The notes under the pieces are model-generated. The model was given only the letters and a program-made list of their open reading frames with translations. It searched no databases and was not told the origin of the DNA. A stretch of 60,923 nucleotides of DNA, the filler included, from an uncultured Clostridia bacterium (lineage in GTDB: Bacteria; CAYTYR01; UBA6262): the NCBI GenBank assembly GCA_964441745.1. It is 3 parts of 3 records of this genome, joined end to end, with 100 filler letters (N's around TTAATTAATTAA, not from the genome) between each part and the next. Parts side by side here need not be neighbours in the genome. Positions count along the whole stretch, not along the records: positions 1 to 26,233 come from CAYTYR010000023.1; 2 more parts are not named here. The stretch is one strand, 5' to 3'. This document shows, one piece after another, positions 9,457 through 17,609 of this stretch; the first letter of the stretch is position 1; each line of letters starts with the position of its first letter. The position numbers were made by a program, and so were the translations under genes.

Positions 9457-10322
9457 TAGAAAATCATCCGATCCCGTATTTGTTTGGCTTGCGCGAAGAA
9501 ATTGAACACTTGTTTTTTCTTATTAGCCTTAAGCGTTCTGATCAGGTTATTGGTAAAGTGGTTAAACTCGGCTAAAGCTTTAATGATTTCCTGCTTATTC
9601 ATCAGGGCAATATCCGCCCAGATACCAGGTGAAGAAGACACGATACGCGTCATATCCCGGAATCCTCCGGCAGTAAGATTGATGGTGTTCTTGTTCCTGC
9701 GGTTCTGGGCAGCTAAATAATTGACTAAACTAGTAGCAAGTAAATGAGGTAAATGGCTGGTGACGGAAACAATATGGTCATGTTTTTTAGGATCCAGCAA
9801 AATAACTTTGGCTCCGGTTAAGCTGAGCAGGTGATGCAGCAGAGCTAGCTCTTTCAATGAAGTATGACTTCCCGGTGTCAAGATCCAAGCCGCGTTTCTA
9901 AATAAGCTGCTTTGCGCATACCTGATGCCAGCTTGCTCACTGCCAGCCATAGGATGTCCGCCGATAAAATTAATCCTTTTGGTCCGCAGGATCTTTTCCG
10001 CCATTTCTACTACCGGGGCCTTGACACTGCCTACATCCGTAACGATACAGCCTTTTTTCAGAGCTGGCAATATTCTTTTGATCGTCGGAGCGATCAGTCC
10101 AACCGGAGTACAGATCACTACCAGGTCAGCATCTTTGACCCCACCCTGGAAATCAGTGGTAAACTCATCGATAGCTTTTAGCTGCTTGGCTTTTTTTAAT
10201 TTTTCCGGATGCCGGCCGATTCCGATCACCTTTCCCACTGCCCGGCTTTTTTTCAAAGCCAGGCCCAGTGACCCGCCAATCAACCCCACCCCGATTATCG
10301 CCACTGTTTTAATTTGACTCAT
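9456..10322 (-). CDS. tyrA: prephenate/arogenate dehydrogenase
   Basis: GVGLIGGS Rossmann fold; DVGSVK, GGHPMAGSE, SHLPH and GGFRDMTRI motifs. Confidence 0.93.
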   Translation of the reverse strand: MSQIKTVAIIGVGLIGGSLGLALKKSRAVGKVIGIGRHPEKLKKAKQLKAIDEFTTDFQGGVKDADLVVICTPVGLIAPTIKRILPALKKGCIVTDVGSVKAPVVEMAEKILRTKRINFIGGHPMAGSEQAGIRYAQSSLFRNAAWILTPGSHTSLKELALLHHLLSLTGAKVILLDPKKHDHIVSVTSHLPHLLATSLVNYLAAQNRRNKNTINLTAGGFRDMTRIVSSSPGIWADIALMNKQEIIKALAEFNHFTNNLIRTLKANKKKQVFNFFAQAKQIRDRMIF

Positions 10323-10335
10323 ACTATTTCTTTCT

Positions 10336-10408
10336 GGCGTATAGCGGGTAGCGTTTAGCGTATAGGATTTGAACTTCCTATCCGCTCTACGCTCTACGCT
10401 TAACGCTA
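10336..10408. repeat. inverted heptamer-repeat element, family B (TAGCGTA/TACGCTA)
   Basis: ggcgtatagcgggtagcgtttagcgtatagga, a spacer, then tcctatccgctctacgctctacgcttaacgcta. Confidence 0.85.
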
Positions 10409-11422
10409 TTAGATTGTTCTATCAACTGCTTTCGCTACTGGCTTCAATTCTGCCATCATCTTCGTGAAATCAGCAGGCAAAAGCGATTGAGCTCCGTCAC
10501 TGAAAGCTTTCTCCGGATTGGAATGCACTTCCACCATCAAGCCATCAGCGCCGCAGGCTATCGCTGCTTTGCACAACGGGCTCACATACTTCCTGACTCC
10601 TGTGCCATGGCTCGGGTCAACGATCACTGGTAAATGGCTCAATTCCTTGATCACCGGCACGGCATTCAAGTCCATGGTGAACCTGGTCGCATCTTCGAAT
10701 GTCCTGATACCCCGTTCACAAAGCATCACGTTGTAATTGCCACGTGATAAAATATATTCCGCGCTCATTAATAATTCTTTAATCGTGGAGGACATGCCCC
10801 GTTTCAGCATCACTGCTTTTTTTGTTTGTCCTACTTCTTTCAGCAAATCAAAATTTTGCATATTACGGGCGCCGATCTGCAAAATATCAGCATATTTAGC
10901 GATCATGTCTACCTGCCGCGTATCCATTACTTCAGTAACGATCAATAGTCCGGTGAGCTTCTTGGCCTCAGCCAGGAATTTCAACCCTTTCTCTCCCAAT
11001 CCTTGAAAAGCATACGGTGAAGTCCGCGGCTTAAAAGCGCCGCCTCGTAACACCGCAGCTCCGTCTTTCTTCACCATTTTGGCTATCTCTATGAGCAGGG
11101 CCTTATTCTCTACCGAACAGGGTCCAGCCATCATCACGATCTTATTACCGCCTATTTCCACATTGCCGACTTTAATAATCGTCTTTTCTTTTTTAAATTC
11201 ACGGCTCACCAGTTTAAAAGGTTTAGTGATCGGAGTGATAGATTCCACCATGAACATCGCTTCGAACGTATCCTTGGTGAGAATAGCATTCTCACCGATC
11301 ACGCCGATGACGGTTCTTTCACTGCCTTTGGAAATATGCGGCGTAAAACCAAGTTCTTTTATTTTTTCTACCACATGGTCAATACCTTGCTTAGTCGTCC
11401 CTGGTTTAAGTGTAATAAACAT
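10409..11422 (-). CDS. aroF: 3-deoxy-7-phosphoheptulonate synthase (type I-beta, N-terminal regulatory domain)
   Basis: [30 protein letters not shown] and DPSHGTG motifs. Confidence 0.96.
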   Translation of the reverse strand: MFITLKPGTTKQGIDHVVEKIKELGFTPHISKGSERTVIGVIGENAILTKDTFEAMFMVESITPITKPFKLVSREFKKEKTIIKVGNVEIGGNKIVMMAGPCSVENKALLIEIAKMVKKDGAAVLRGGAFKPRTSPYAFQGLGEKGLKFLAEAKKLTGLLIVTEVMDTRQVDMIAKYADILQIGARNMQNFDLLKEVGQTKKAVMLKRGMSSTIKELLMSAEYILSRGNYNVMLCERGIRTFEDATRFTMDLNAVPVIKELSHLPVIVDPSHGTGVRKYVSPLCKAAIACGADGLMVEVHSNPEKAFSDGAQSLLPADFTKMMAELKPVAKAVDRTI

Positions 11423-11454
11423 AAGTTTTCCCGTCTCTTTGATTTGTTTTTTCT

Positions 11455-11514
11455 CACTCTACCACTCTACCACTCTACCACTTTACCACTTTACCACTGT
11501 ATCACTTATCACTT
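11455..11514. repeat. tandem 8-mer (ACCACTCT/ACCACTTT) and 7-mer (ATCACTT) array, single arm, overlapping the hisC stop
   Basis: cactctaccactctaccactctaccactttaccactttaccactgtatcacttatcactt. Confidence 0.85.
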
Positions 11515-12599
11515 AATAATTTGCTTAGCGCCGTGATAAATCTCTTATTTTCTTCCGGCAAGCCGATCGTGACCCGGAGACAGTTTGGAAGTTTGTATTC
11601 ACCCATAGGACGGACTATTACGCCGCTGGCCAGCAACTTTTTGCAGATCTCCCCTGCTTCCTTTTTCAGGTCGATCAAAACAAAATTAGCAGCGCTGGGA
11701 ATATAGGCTACGGGTAATTTGTCCAGCTCCCGGTATAGTTTCTTTTTTTCTTTTTCCACGAGGCCCAGGCTTCTCTTAATTTGCTGTTTATCATCCAGGC
11801 TCACTTCAGCTGCTACCTGAGCCAGGGAATTAACATTGAATGGCGGACGTACCCGTTCCAGGTATGAGACCAGTTCTTCCCCGGCTAAACCATAACCTAC
11901 TCTTAGCCCGGCAAGAGCATAGATCTTGGAAAAAGTACGCAGGATGATCACATTCTTGCCTTGCTTAAGATAATCCATAGTTTGAGGATAATCCTTCTGC
12001 GTCGCGTATTCGTAATAAGCCTCGTCGAAAACGACGATGATATCCTCCCTCAGCCCTTGAAAGAATTCATTCAACTCCCGGTCGGTGACATAAGTACCGG
12101 TAGGATTATTCGGGTTAATGATAAAAACAACCTTGGTCATAGGAGTAATGGCGGCTTTCATCCCCGCCAGATCATGTTTATATTCTTTGCTGGGTACGGC
12201 TATTACCCGGCAGCCCATCAGGTCCCCGGCCATTTTATAGCGGATAAATGCGTCGGCAGAAACAATGATCTCATCTTCAGGATTTAAAACAGTTTTGCCG
12301 ATGATCTCTATTAATTCATCAGATCCATTGCCTAAAATTATATTAGAAGGCCGTAAACCTAGTTTTTTAGCGATCTTCTGCTTTAAAAGTATTCCACTAC
12401 CCTCCGGATAGAGAAAAACGCTTTTAAGCGCCTTTCTGACCGCCTGGAGCGCTTTTGGGGATGGCCCCAGCGGGTTTTCATTGGAAGCTAATTTTATGAC
12501 ATCCTTTAATCCCAGCTCCCGTTTTACCTCCGCGATCGGCTTGCCAGGGATATACGGCTGGAATTGCAAAATGTTTTTTCTGACGAGTTTTTCGATCAT
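11502..12599 (-). CDS. hisC: histidinol-phosphate/aromatic aminotransferase
   Basis: KLASNENPLGPS, GNGSDELI, NPNNPTG, DEAY and RTFSKIYALAGLRVGY motifs. AGGAGG RBS before the ATG at 12599. Confidence 0.95.
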   Translation of the reverse strand: MIEKLVRKNILQFQPYIPGKPIAEVKRELGLKDVIKLASNENPLGPSPKALQAVRKALKSVFLYPEGSGILLKQKIAKKLGLRPSNIILGNGSDELIEIIGKTVLNPEDEIIVSADAFIRYKMAGDLMGCRVIAVPSKEYKHDLAGMKAAITPMTKVVFIINPNNPTGTYVTDRELNEFFQGLREDIIVVFDEAYYEYATQKDYPQTMDYLKQGKNVIILRTFSKIYALAGLRVGYGLAGEELVSYLERVRPPFNVNSLAQVAAEVSLDDKQQIKRSLGLVEKEKKKLYRELDKLPVAYIPSAANFVLIDLKKEAGEICKKLLASGVIVRPMGEYKLPNCLRVTIGLPEENKRFITALSKLLSDK

Positions 12600-12617
12600 A
12601 CTACCCTCCTTAAACAC

Positions 12618-12724
12618 GGATTTTACAATAGGATTTGGAATTCGACGTAAAACCGCTGTGTCTTTTCGTCTAAAAAACTGCTTACAGACTACTGCGAGTA
12701 TGCTCGCACTTTATTGCAGAATCC
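12618..12724. repeat. palindromic/MITE-like element with imperfect terminal inverted repeats
   Basis: ggattttacaata at the left end and tattgcagaatcc at the right end; internal hairpin gcgagtatgctcgc. Confidence 0.5.
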
Positions 12725-12789
12725 TTGTTAAAAAATAATCAACGTTCATTTTCTACCTGTTGAACGTTGATCGATCCAGTTTTTGCTTT

Positions 12790-12916
12790 TTCTCTCAACT
12801 CTCAACTACTTTTGCTTTTCTATCCGCTACACGCTGTACGCTGCCTTTCTTTGCTCTCCCGCTTCCTGTTTTATACTTTTCTTTACGCACGACGCACGAC
12901 ACATTACGCGCGACGT
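12790..12916. repeat. stack of single-arm heptamer arrays (CTCAACT; ACGCTGT; CGACGCA)
   Basis: tctcaactctcaact, ctatccgctacacgctgtacgctg and acgcacgacgcacgacacattacgcgcgacg occur in succession. Confidence 0.7.
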
Positions 12917-12923
12917 AAGGTAT

Positions 12924-13988
12924 TTATTCTTCCCCGATCGGATAGGACCCCAGCACTTTCAGGAACAAGCACTCTTTTTCCAGCTCATTGAGAGCCTTCT
13001 TGATATTCGCATCCTCCCGGTGACCGACGAGATCGACAAAAAAGACATATTCCCAGGCCTTTTTCTTGGTCGGACGGGATTCTATTTTGGTCAGGTTGAT
13101 ATGCTCCTTGCGGAACGGCAGCAGCATGTCATACAATGCCCCAACCCGGTCCTTGATGGAAAACAGGATCGAGGTCTTGTCCTCGTTGCTCCTGGCGCTG
13201 TCATTCTTGCCGATCACCAGAAAGCGGGTATAGTTATTCGTCAAGTCCTCAATGCGGGACATCAGGATATTTAAATTATACATTTCCGCCGCGACCGTGC
13301 TGACGATCGCCGCGCTTTTCGGGTCCTGGGAGGCCATCTGCGCCGCTTTGGAATTAGATTCCAACTCGATGATCTTGATATTGGGCATTTTTTCTTCCAG
13401 GAAATTGCGGCACTGCGCCACTGTCTGCACGTGCGAATATATTTTTTCGATCTTATCTATCGTTGTACGGGAGGCCAGGTTATGATGCACTTCCAGCAAT
13501 ATCTCCGCGCAGATCTTGAGGTCTGAATCCATGAACATATCCAGGGTATAATTGACCATACCCTCGGTGGTATTTTCGATCGGGACTACGCCGTAATCAG
13601 CCCTCTCTTTTTCCACTTCGGTAAAAACATCGCTAATACTCTTGGCCGGAATATACTGGGCCTGGCGCCCGAAATTTTTGATCCCGGCCAGGTGCGTAAA
13701 AGAAGTTTCCGGTCCCAGGTAAGCGATAGTCAATTTTTTCTGCAAAGAACGCGCCGTCTGCATTATTTCGCGAAAAATACTTTTTAGTTCTTCGTTCGGT
13801 AATGGCCCTTTATTCTGTTTGATCAGGTTGATCAGAACTTCTTTTTCGCGGTCCGGGGCATAAATGACTTCTTTGCGCAATTTCTTGGCCTTGCCTACCT
13901 GTTTAGCTACTTTCAACCGTTCATTGAGCAGATCCAGTATCTCCCCATCTAATCGGTCAATTTTATTCCTTAATTTCTTCAAATCCAT
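12924..13988 (-). CDS. pheA: chorismate mutase / prephenate dehydratase (P-protein)
   Basis: N-terminal AroQ (LRNKIDRLD...APDREKEV), AYLGPETSFT, VPIENTTEG, NYTRF and ACT-domain ESRP. GAGG RBS before the ATG at 13988. Confidence 0.96.
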   Translation of the reverse strand: MDLKKLRNKIDRLDGEILDLLNERLKVAKQVGKAKKLRKEVIYAPDREKEVLINLIKQNKGPLPNEELKSIFREIMQTARSLQKKLTIAYLGPETSFTHLAGIKNFGRQAQYIPAKSISDVFTEVEKERADYGVVPIENTTEGMVNYTLDMFMDSDLKICAEILLEVHHNLASRTTIDKIEKIYSHVQTVAQCRNFLEEKMPNIKIIELESNSKAAQMASQDPKSAAIVSTVAAEMYNLNILMSRIEDLTNNYTRFLVIGKNDSARSNEDKTSILFSIKDRVGALYDMLLPFRKEHINLTKIESRPTKKKAWEYVFFVDLVGHREDANIKKALNELEKECLFLKVLGSYPIGEE

Positions 13989-14001
13989 GTTTTCCTCATT
14001 C

Positions 14002-14097
14002 AAAAACAGTTTTGAGTGTTAAGTTTTGAGTTTTGAGTTAAGGTTATAAATCATCAATTATAAATGATTTATCAAGACCCGTGACTCGCGACTCGTG
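14002..14097. repeat. composite spacer: family C arm (TTTTGAG) plus family D arm (GACTCGC/GACCCGT)
   Basis: cagttttgagtgttaagttttgagttttgagtt followed by gacccgtgactcgcgactcgtg. Confidence 0.75.
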
Positions 14098-14103
14098 GTT
14101 GTT

Positions 14104-14874
14104 TTAGCTTCTATTCAAATCCTCCAGCAGCGGCAGATCAGCCAGTGAAGCCAAACCAAAATATTGCAGGAATTCATCACTGGTACCGTATAGCAATGGA
14201 TGGCCCAAAACTTCTTTGCGTCCGGTTATGCGGACCAGTCTTTTTTCCAGCAGGTTATGAATAACTCCGCCCGAATCAACGCCACGGATATGCTCTACTT
14301 CGGCCCGGGTCAAAGGCTGCTTATAAGCAATAATGGACAGTGTTTCCAGCGCGGAATTTGAAAGTTTGTAAACATCCTTGTTCTTGGCCAGTTTTTCCAG
14401 CCAGACAGCATATTCTTTTTTTGTGCATAATTGCCAGCCATTAGCAATTTCCACCAGTTGTAAAGCAGTGTTCCTGTTCTGGTAATCAGCCGCTAGTTCA
14501 GCCAATGCTTCCCGGATTTGTTTTTTATCCAGTTTTTGCCCGCTATATTCAGTACCTACTATCTCTTGTATTTTATCCAGCTCTAATGGATCACTCGTGA
14601 TAAATAGCAAAGCCTCGATCACCGCTTTCAGTTCCACTGCCGGCTTTTGTTCAGTTACTGTTTCCGCGCTGACTGTATCTGGAATTATTTGTTCACTGCT
14701 TGTAGCTTCTATCGGCAGGCTTTCTTGTTCTACCACCGCAGCGCCAGCCACTGTTTCTTCCACTACAGCTGGAGTTGCTTCTGGCGCTGTATTTTCATTA
14801 TTAACTGCCTCTGTAATTACTTCTCCAGCGGCAACAGTTGTCTGGGTAATTTCATCCTTAATTATGTCTTCCAT
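14104..14874 (-). CDS. scpB: SMC-Scp complex subunit ScpB with an acidic low-complexity N-terminal extension
   Basis: IEALLF, LSNSALETLSIIAYKQPLTRAEVEHIRGV and YGTSDEFLQYFGL motifs. Confidence 0.95.
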   Translation of the reverse strand: MEDIIKDEITQTTVAAGEVITEAVNNENTAPEATPAVVEETVAGAAVVEQESLPIEATSSEQIIPDTVSAETVTEQKPAVELKAVIEALLFITSDPLELDKIQEIVGTEYSGQKLDKKQIREALAELAADYQNRNTALQLVEIANGWQLCTKKEYAVWLEKLAKNKDVYKLSNSALETLSIIAYKQPLTRAEVEHIRGVDSGGVIHNLLEKRLVRITGRKEVLGHPLLYGTSDEFLQYFGLASLADLPLLEDLNRS

Positions 14875-14930
14875 TCCCTTCCCCCCGCACTGTATTTGTT
14901 CTTACCGCTCTTTGCTTTCTCTTTATTCAT

Positions 14931-14955
14931 GACCCGCGACTCGCGACCCGTGACT
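14931..14955. repeat. family D heptamer arm
   Basis: gacccgcgactcgcgacccgtgact, in the same orientation as the arm at 14076. Confidence 0.75.
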
Positions 14956-14959
14956 ATTC

Positions 14960-15727
14960 TTATTGCACCAAAGGCAGCTCTTCTTGTACCGCCGGTTGCG
15001 CGGACAATGATGCTGCCGCGTTTAAGTTCTTGAAGATCCTGATCTTATCAAATAACCTGGTCTGCAGTATCCTGATCTCCTTCATTTTTATCAGCTCCAG
15101 CATGGCCAGGAAGGTGACTATCATTTCCATTCTGGTTGATTCCGGAGTGAATATTTCTTCAAAGGACAAGAATTCTTTTTCCGTCAATTTTTCCCTGATC
15201 ACCCGTACCCGTTCTTCTATTTTTACTTCTTCCTGGATAATCTCCCTGACCGAACTCGTGCTGGATTTAAGCACATTCTTAAAAGCATCCAGCAGGTCAA
15301 AGAGGCTGGCTTCAATGATATATTCTTCGTCACCCACGCGTTCTATTTTCCGCTCTGGGCGGGTATATACCTGCTGTTGTTCCACTTCTTTTACGGCCAG
15401 TACCGCGGCTACTTCCTTAAACCGCTTGTATTCCAGCAATTGCTTTACCAGTTCCTGGTATGGATCTAATTCCTCTACATTCTCTTCATCCTTGACCGGG
15501 ACCGGCAAAAGTTTGCGTGACTTGATCTGGAGTAAAGTCGCGGCCATTACCAGGAATTCTCCGGCAATATCCAGGTTCAGCATTTTTAGCATTTCCAGGT
15601 ACTGTAAATATTCTTCGGTAATGCGGGAGACCGGTATATTGTAGATATCTATTTCTTCCTTCTTGATCAAGTGCAGTAACAGGTCCAGCGGCCCTTCAAA
15701 AACTTCCAACTTAACTTGGTAGGTCAC
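14960..15727 (-). CDS. scpA: segregation/condensation protein A
   Basis: FEGPLDLLLHLI, EFLVMAATLLQIKS and IVTFLAMLEL motifs. GTG start after GGAG. Confidence 0.96.
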   Translation of the reverse strand: MTYQVKLEVFEGPLDLLLHLIKKEEIDIYNIPVSRITEEYLQYLEMLKMLNLDIAGEFLVMAATLLQIKSRKLLPVPVKDEENVEELDPYQELVKQLLEYKRFKEVAAVLAVKEVEQQQVYTRPERKIERVGDEEYIIEASLFDLLDAFKNVLKSSTSSVREIIQEEVKIEERVRVIREKLTEKEFLSFEEIFTPESTRMEMIVTFLAMLELIKMKEIRILQTRLFDKIRIFKNLNAAASLSAQPAVQEELPLVQ

Positions 15728-15740
15728 TTTAGCTCCAATT

Positions 15741-15811
15741 CGCAAATAGCGTATAGCGTATAGCAAAAACAAAACCTTGATTATAAGTCATTTGCCATAT
15801 GCCATAAGCGC
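15741..15811. repeat. inverted heptamer-repeat element, family B variant
   Basis: cgcaaatagcgtatagcgtatagcaaa paired with tttgccatatgccataagcg. Confidence 0.75.
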
Positions 15812-15812
15812 C

Positions 15813-16796
15813 TTATTTTAAACGAACTGCTTTTTTCACTTCTTCCATCGTCGCCTGGGCAAATTCACGCGCCTTAGCTGTGCCTTCTGCCAAAACTTTG
15901 TCTATATACGGCAGGTCCTGTTCAAACTTCTTTCTTTTTTCCTGGATCGGAGCCAGGAATTTCAGGACATTTCCCAGCAGTATTTTTTTACATTCGACGC
16001 AGCCGCGCTGGCCTTTAATACATTTTTCTTTAATTTCCGCCAGCTGGTCCGGCGTGAATATCTTGTGATAGGCAAATACGGAACAGATCTCAGGATGACC
16101 CGGATCGGTCGGCCGCAAACGCTGCGGGTCTGTCACCATAGCCATAATCTTGGTTTTGATGTCATCCTGGCTATCAGCAATATAAATGGCATTATTGTAG
16201 CTCTTGCTCATTTTCCTGCCGTCGGTCCCCAGCAACCTGGGCACAGCGGTCAGCAAAGCCTGAGGTTCAGGCAGGACATTGCCAAAAAACTGGTCAAAAC
16301 GCCGGACTATTTCCCTGGTCAATTCTAAATGTGGCAGCTGGTCTTCCCCGATGGGAACAACCGACGCCTTATACAACGTAATATCAGCAGCCTGTAACAC
16401 CGGATAACCTAAAAATCCGTATGTTGAGAGGTCTTTGCCTTTGATCTCATGCATCTGCTCTTTATAGGTCGGGCAGCGCTCCAGCCAGGATACCGGCGTG
16501 ATCATCGAAAGGATCAAATGCAGTTCACTATGTTCCGGAATGCGGGACTGTACCAGAAAAGTCGACTTGGCTGGATCCAAGCCGCAGGCCAGCCAATCGA
16601 TCACCATTTCGCGCACATTTTCCTGCATCTTGCTGGTATCTTCATATTCGCTGGTCAGGGCATGCAGGTCAGCAACCATATAAAAGCATTGGTATTCATC
16701 CTGCAGACGGGCCCAGTTATTCAGCGCTCCCAGGATATGGCCAATGTGCAGTTTTCCCGTCGGCCTCATCCCGCTTAAAATGCGTTTTTTTGTCAT
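15813..16796 (-). CDS. trpS: tryptophan--tRNA ligase
   Basis: SGMRPTGKLHIGH, YPVLQAADI, GEDQ and KMSKS motifs. Confidence 0.97.
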   Translation of the reverse strand: MTKKRILSGMRPTGKLHIGHILGALNNWARLQDEYQCFYMVADLHALTSEYEDTSKMQENVREMVIDWLACGLDPAKSTFLVQSRIPEHSELHLILSMITPVSWLERCPTYKEQMHEIKGKDLSTYGFLGYPVLQAADITLYKASVVPIGEDQLPHLELTREIVRRFDQFFGNVLPEPQALLTAVPRLLGTDGRKMSKSYNNAIYIADSQDDIKTKIMAMVTDPQRLRPTDPGHPEICSVFAYHKIFTPDQLAEIKEKCIKGQRGCVECKKILLGNVLKFLAPIQEKRKKFEQDLPYIDKVLAEGTAKAREFAQATMEEVKKAVRLK

Positions 16797-17425
16797 TAAA
16801 AAATCCCTTTAGGCAACAAGAAAGAAGCTACTCCATAAGCCAGAGGAAAAATGATCCGGTCAAAAAATCCCAGCCAGATCAAAGCAAAGACCAAAATAAT
16901 GCCATATTTCTGCATACTCGACTCATAGGCATAGGCCATTCTTGCCGGCAAAAATCCTGCGATCACATGCGAACCATCCAGCGGCGGCACCGGCACCAGG
17001 TTAAAAAAAGCGAACACTAGGCTAACCACTACTAACATCCCTAAGATACCGCCAAATATCCCCGGCTCTATTCCTCCAGCTAACAACGCGCGTATAATTC
17101 CAGCGCAAACTATCGCTGTAATTATATTTGCTCCCGGCCCGGCTAATCCCACCTTCACTGTGTCCCATTTAGGATTGCGGAAGTTAAAAGGATTGATCGG
17201 CACTGGCTTTGCCCAGCCGAATACAAACGGTGACTTGGTCAAGATCAGTATCAGTGGCAAAATGATCGTGCCAAATATATCGATATGAGCCACAGGATTC
17301 AGGGTGAGCCGTCCCAGGTACCTGGCCGTAGAATCACCGCACTTTTCAGCCATCAGTCCATGAGCATACTCATGGATCACCAGGCAGAAAAAGAAAATAG
17401 GCAAAGATATTAAAATATTTTCCAT
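16796..17425 (-). CDS. site-2 protease family (M50) membrane metalloprotease
   Basis: HEYAH, GRLTLNP, AGPGAN and NLVPVPPLDG motifs. Confidence 0.93.
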   Translation of the reverse strand: MENILISLPIFFFCLVIHEYAHGLMAEKCGDSTARYLGRLTLNPVAHIDIFGTIILPLILILTKSPFVFGWAKPVPINPFNFRNPKWDTVKVGLAGPGANIITAIVCAGIIRALLAGGIEPGIFGGILGMLVVVSLVFAFFNLVPVPPLDGSHVIAGFLPARMAYAYESSMQKYGIILVFALIWLGFFDRIIFPLAYGVASFLLPKGIF

Positions 17426-17430
17426 GTAAA

Positions 17431-17595
17431 GTTGCTCCTGAAAAAGTCGCTTTTTAAGCGAAAACCTGGATTTTTGAGCGAATCGAGATTTTGCGAAACG
17501 AGCATATCAATAAATTTGGATATGTGAGTTGAGAAAAGTCTTGATGCAGCCAAAAAGCCATGTTTGTAGCTAAAATGGACTTTTGAAGTAGCAAC
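17431..17595. mobile_element. 165-bp MITE/REP-like long imperfect palindrome
   Basis: Left gttgctcctgaaaaagtc...cctggatttttg...atcgagatttt...catatc mirrors the right end (reverse complement gttgctacttcaaaagtc...catggctttttg...atcaagacttt...catatc). Confidence 0.6.
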
Positions 17596-17609
17596 CATTT
17601 AAATTTATA

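Noticed and set aside
12767..13274. + strand ORFs starting in the pheA-hisC spacer
   Set aside because: They are translations of repeat arms plus the antisense of pheA.
15728..15772. ORF-track N-terminal extensions of scpA (likewise mtnA, plsC, abiEi, hisC, pheA and the 27236 start)
   Set aside because: The extensions run through repeats, promoters or upstream genes; downstream starts fit the RBS or gene overlap and family homology better.
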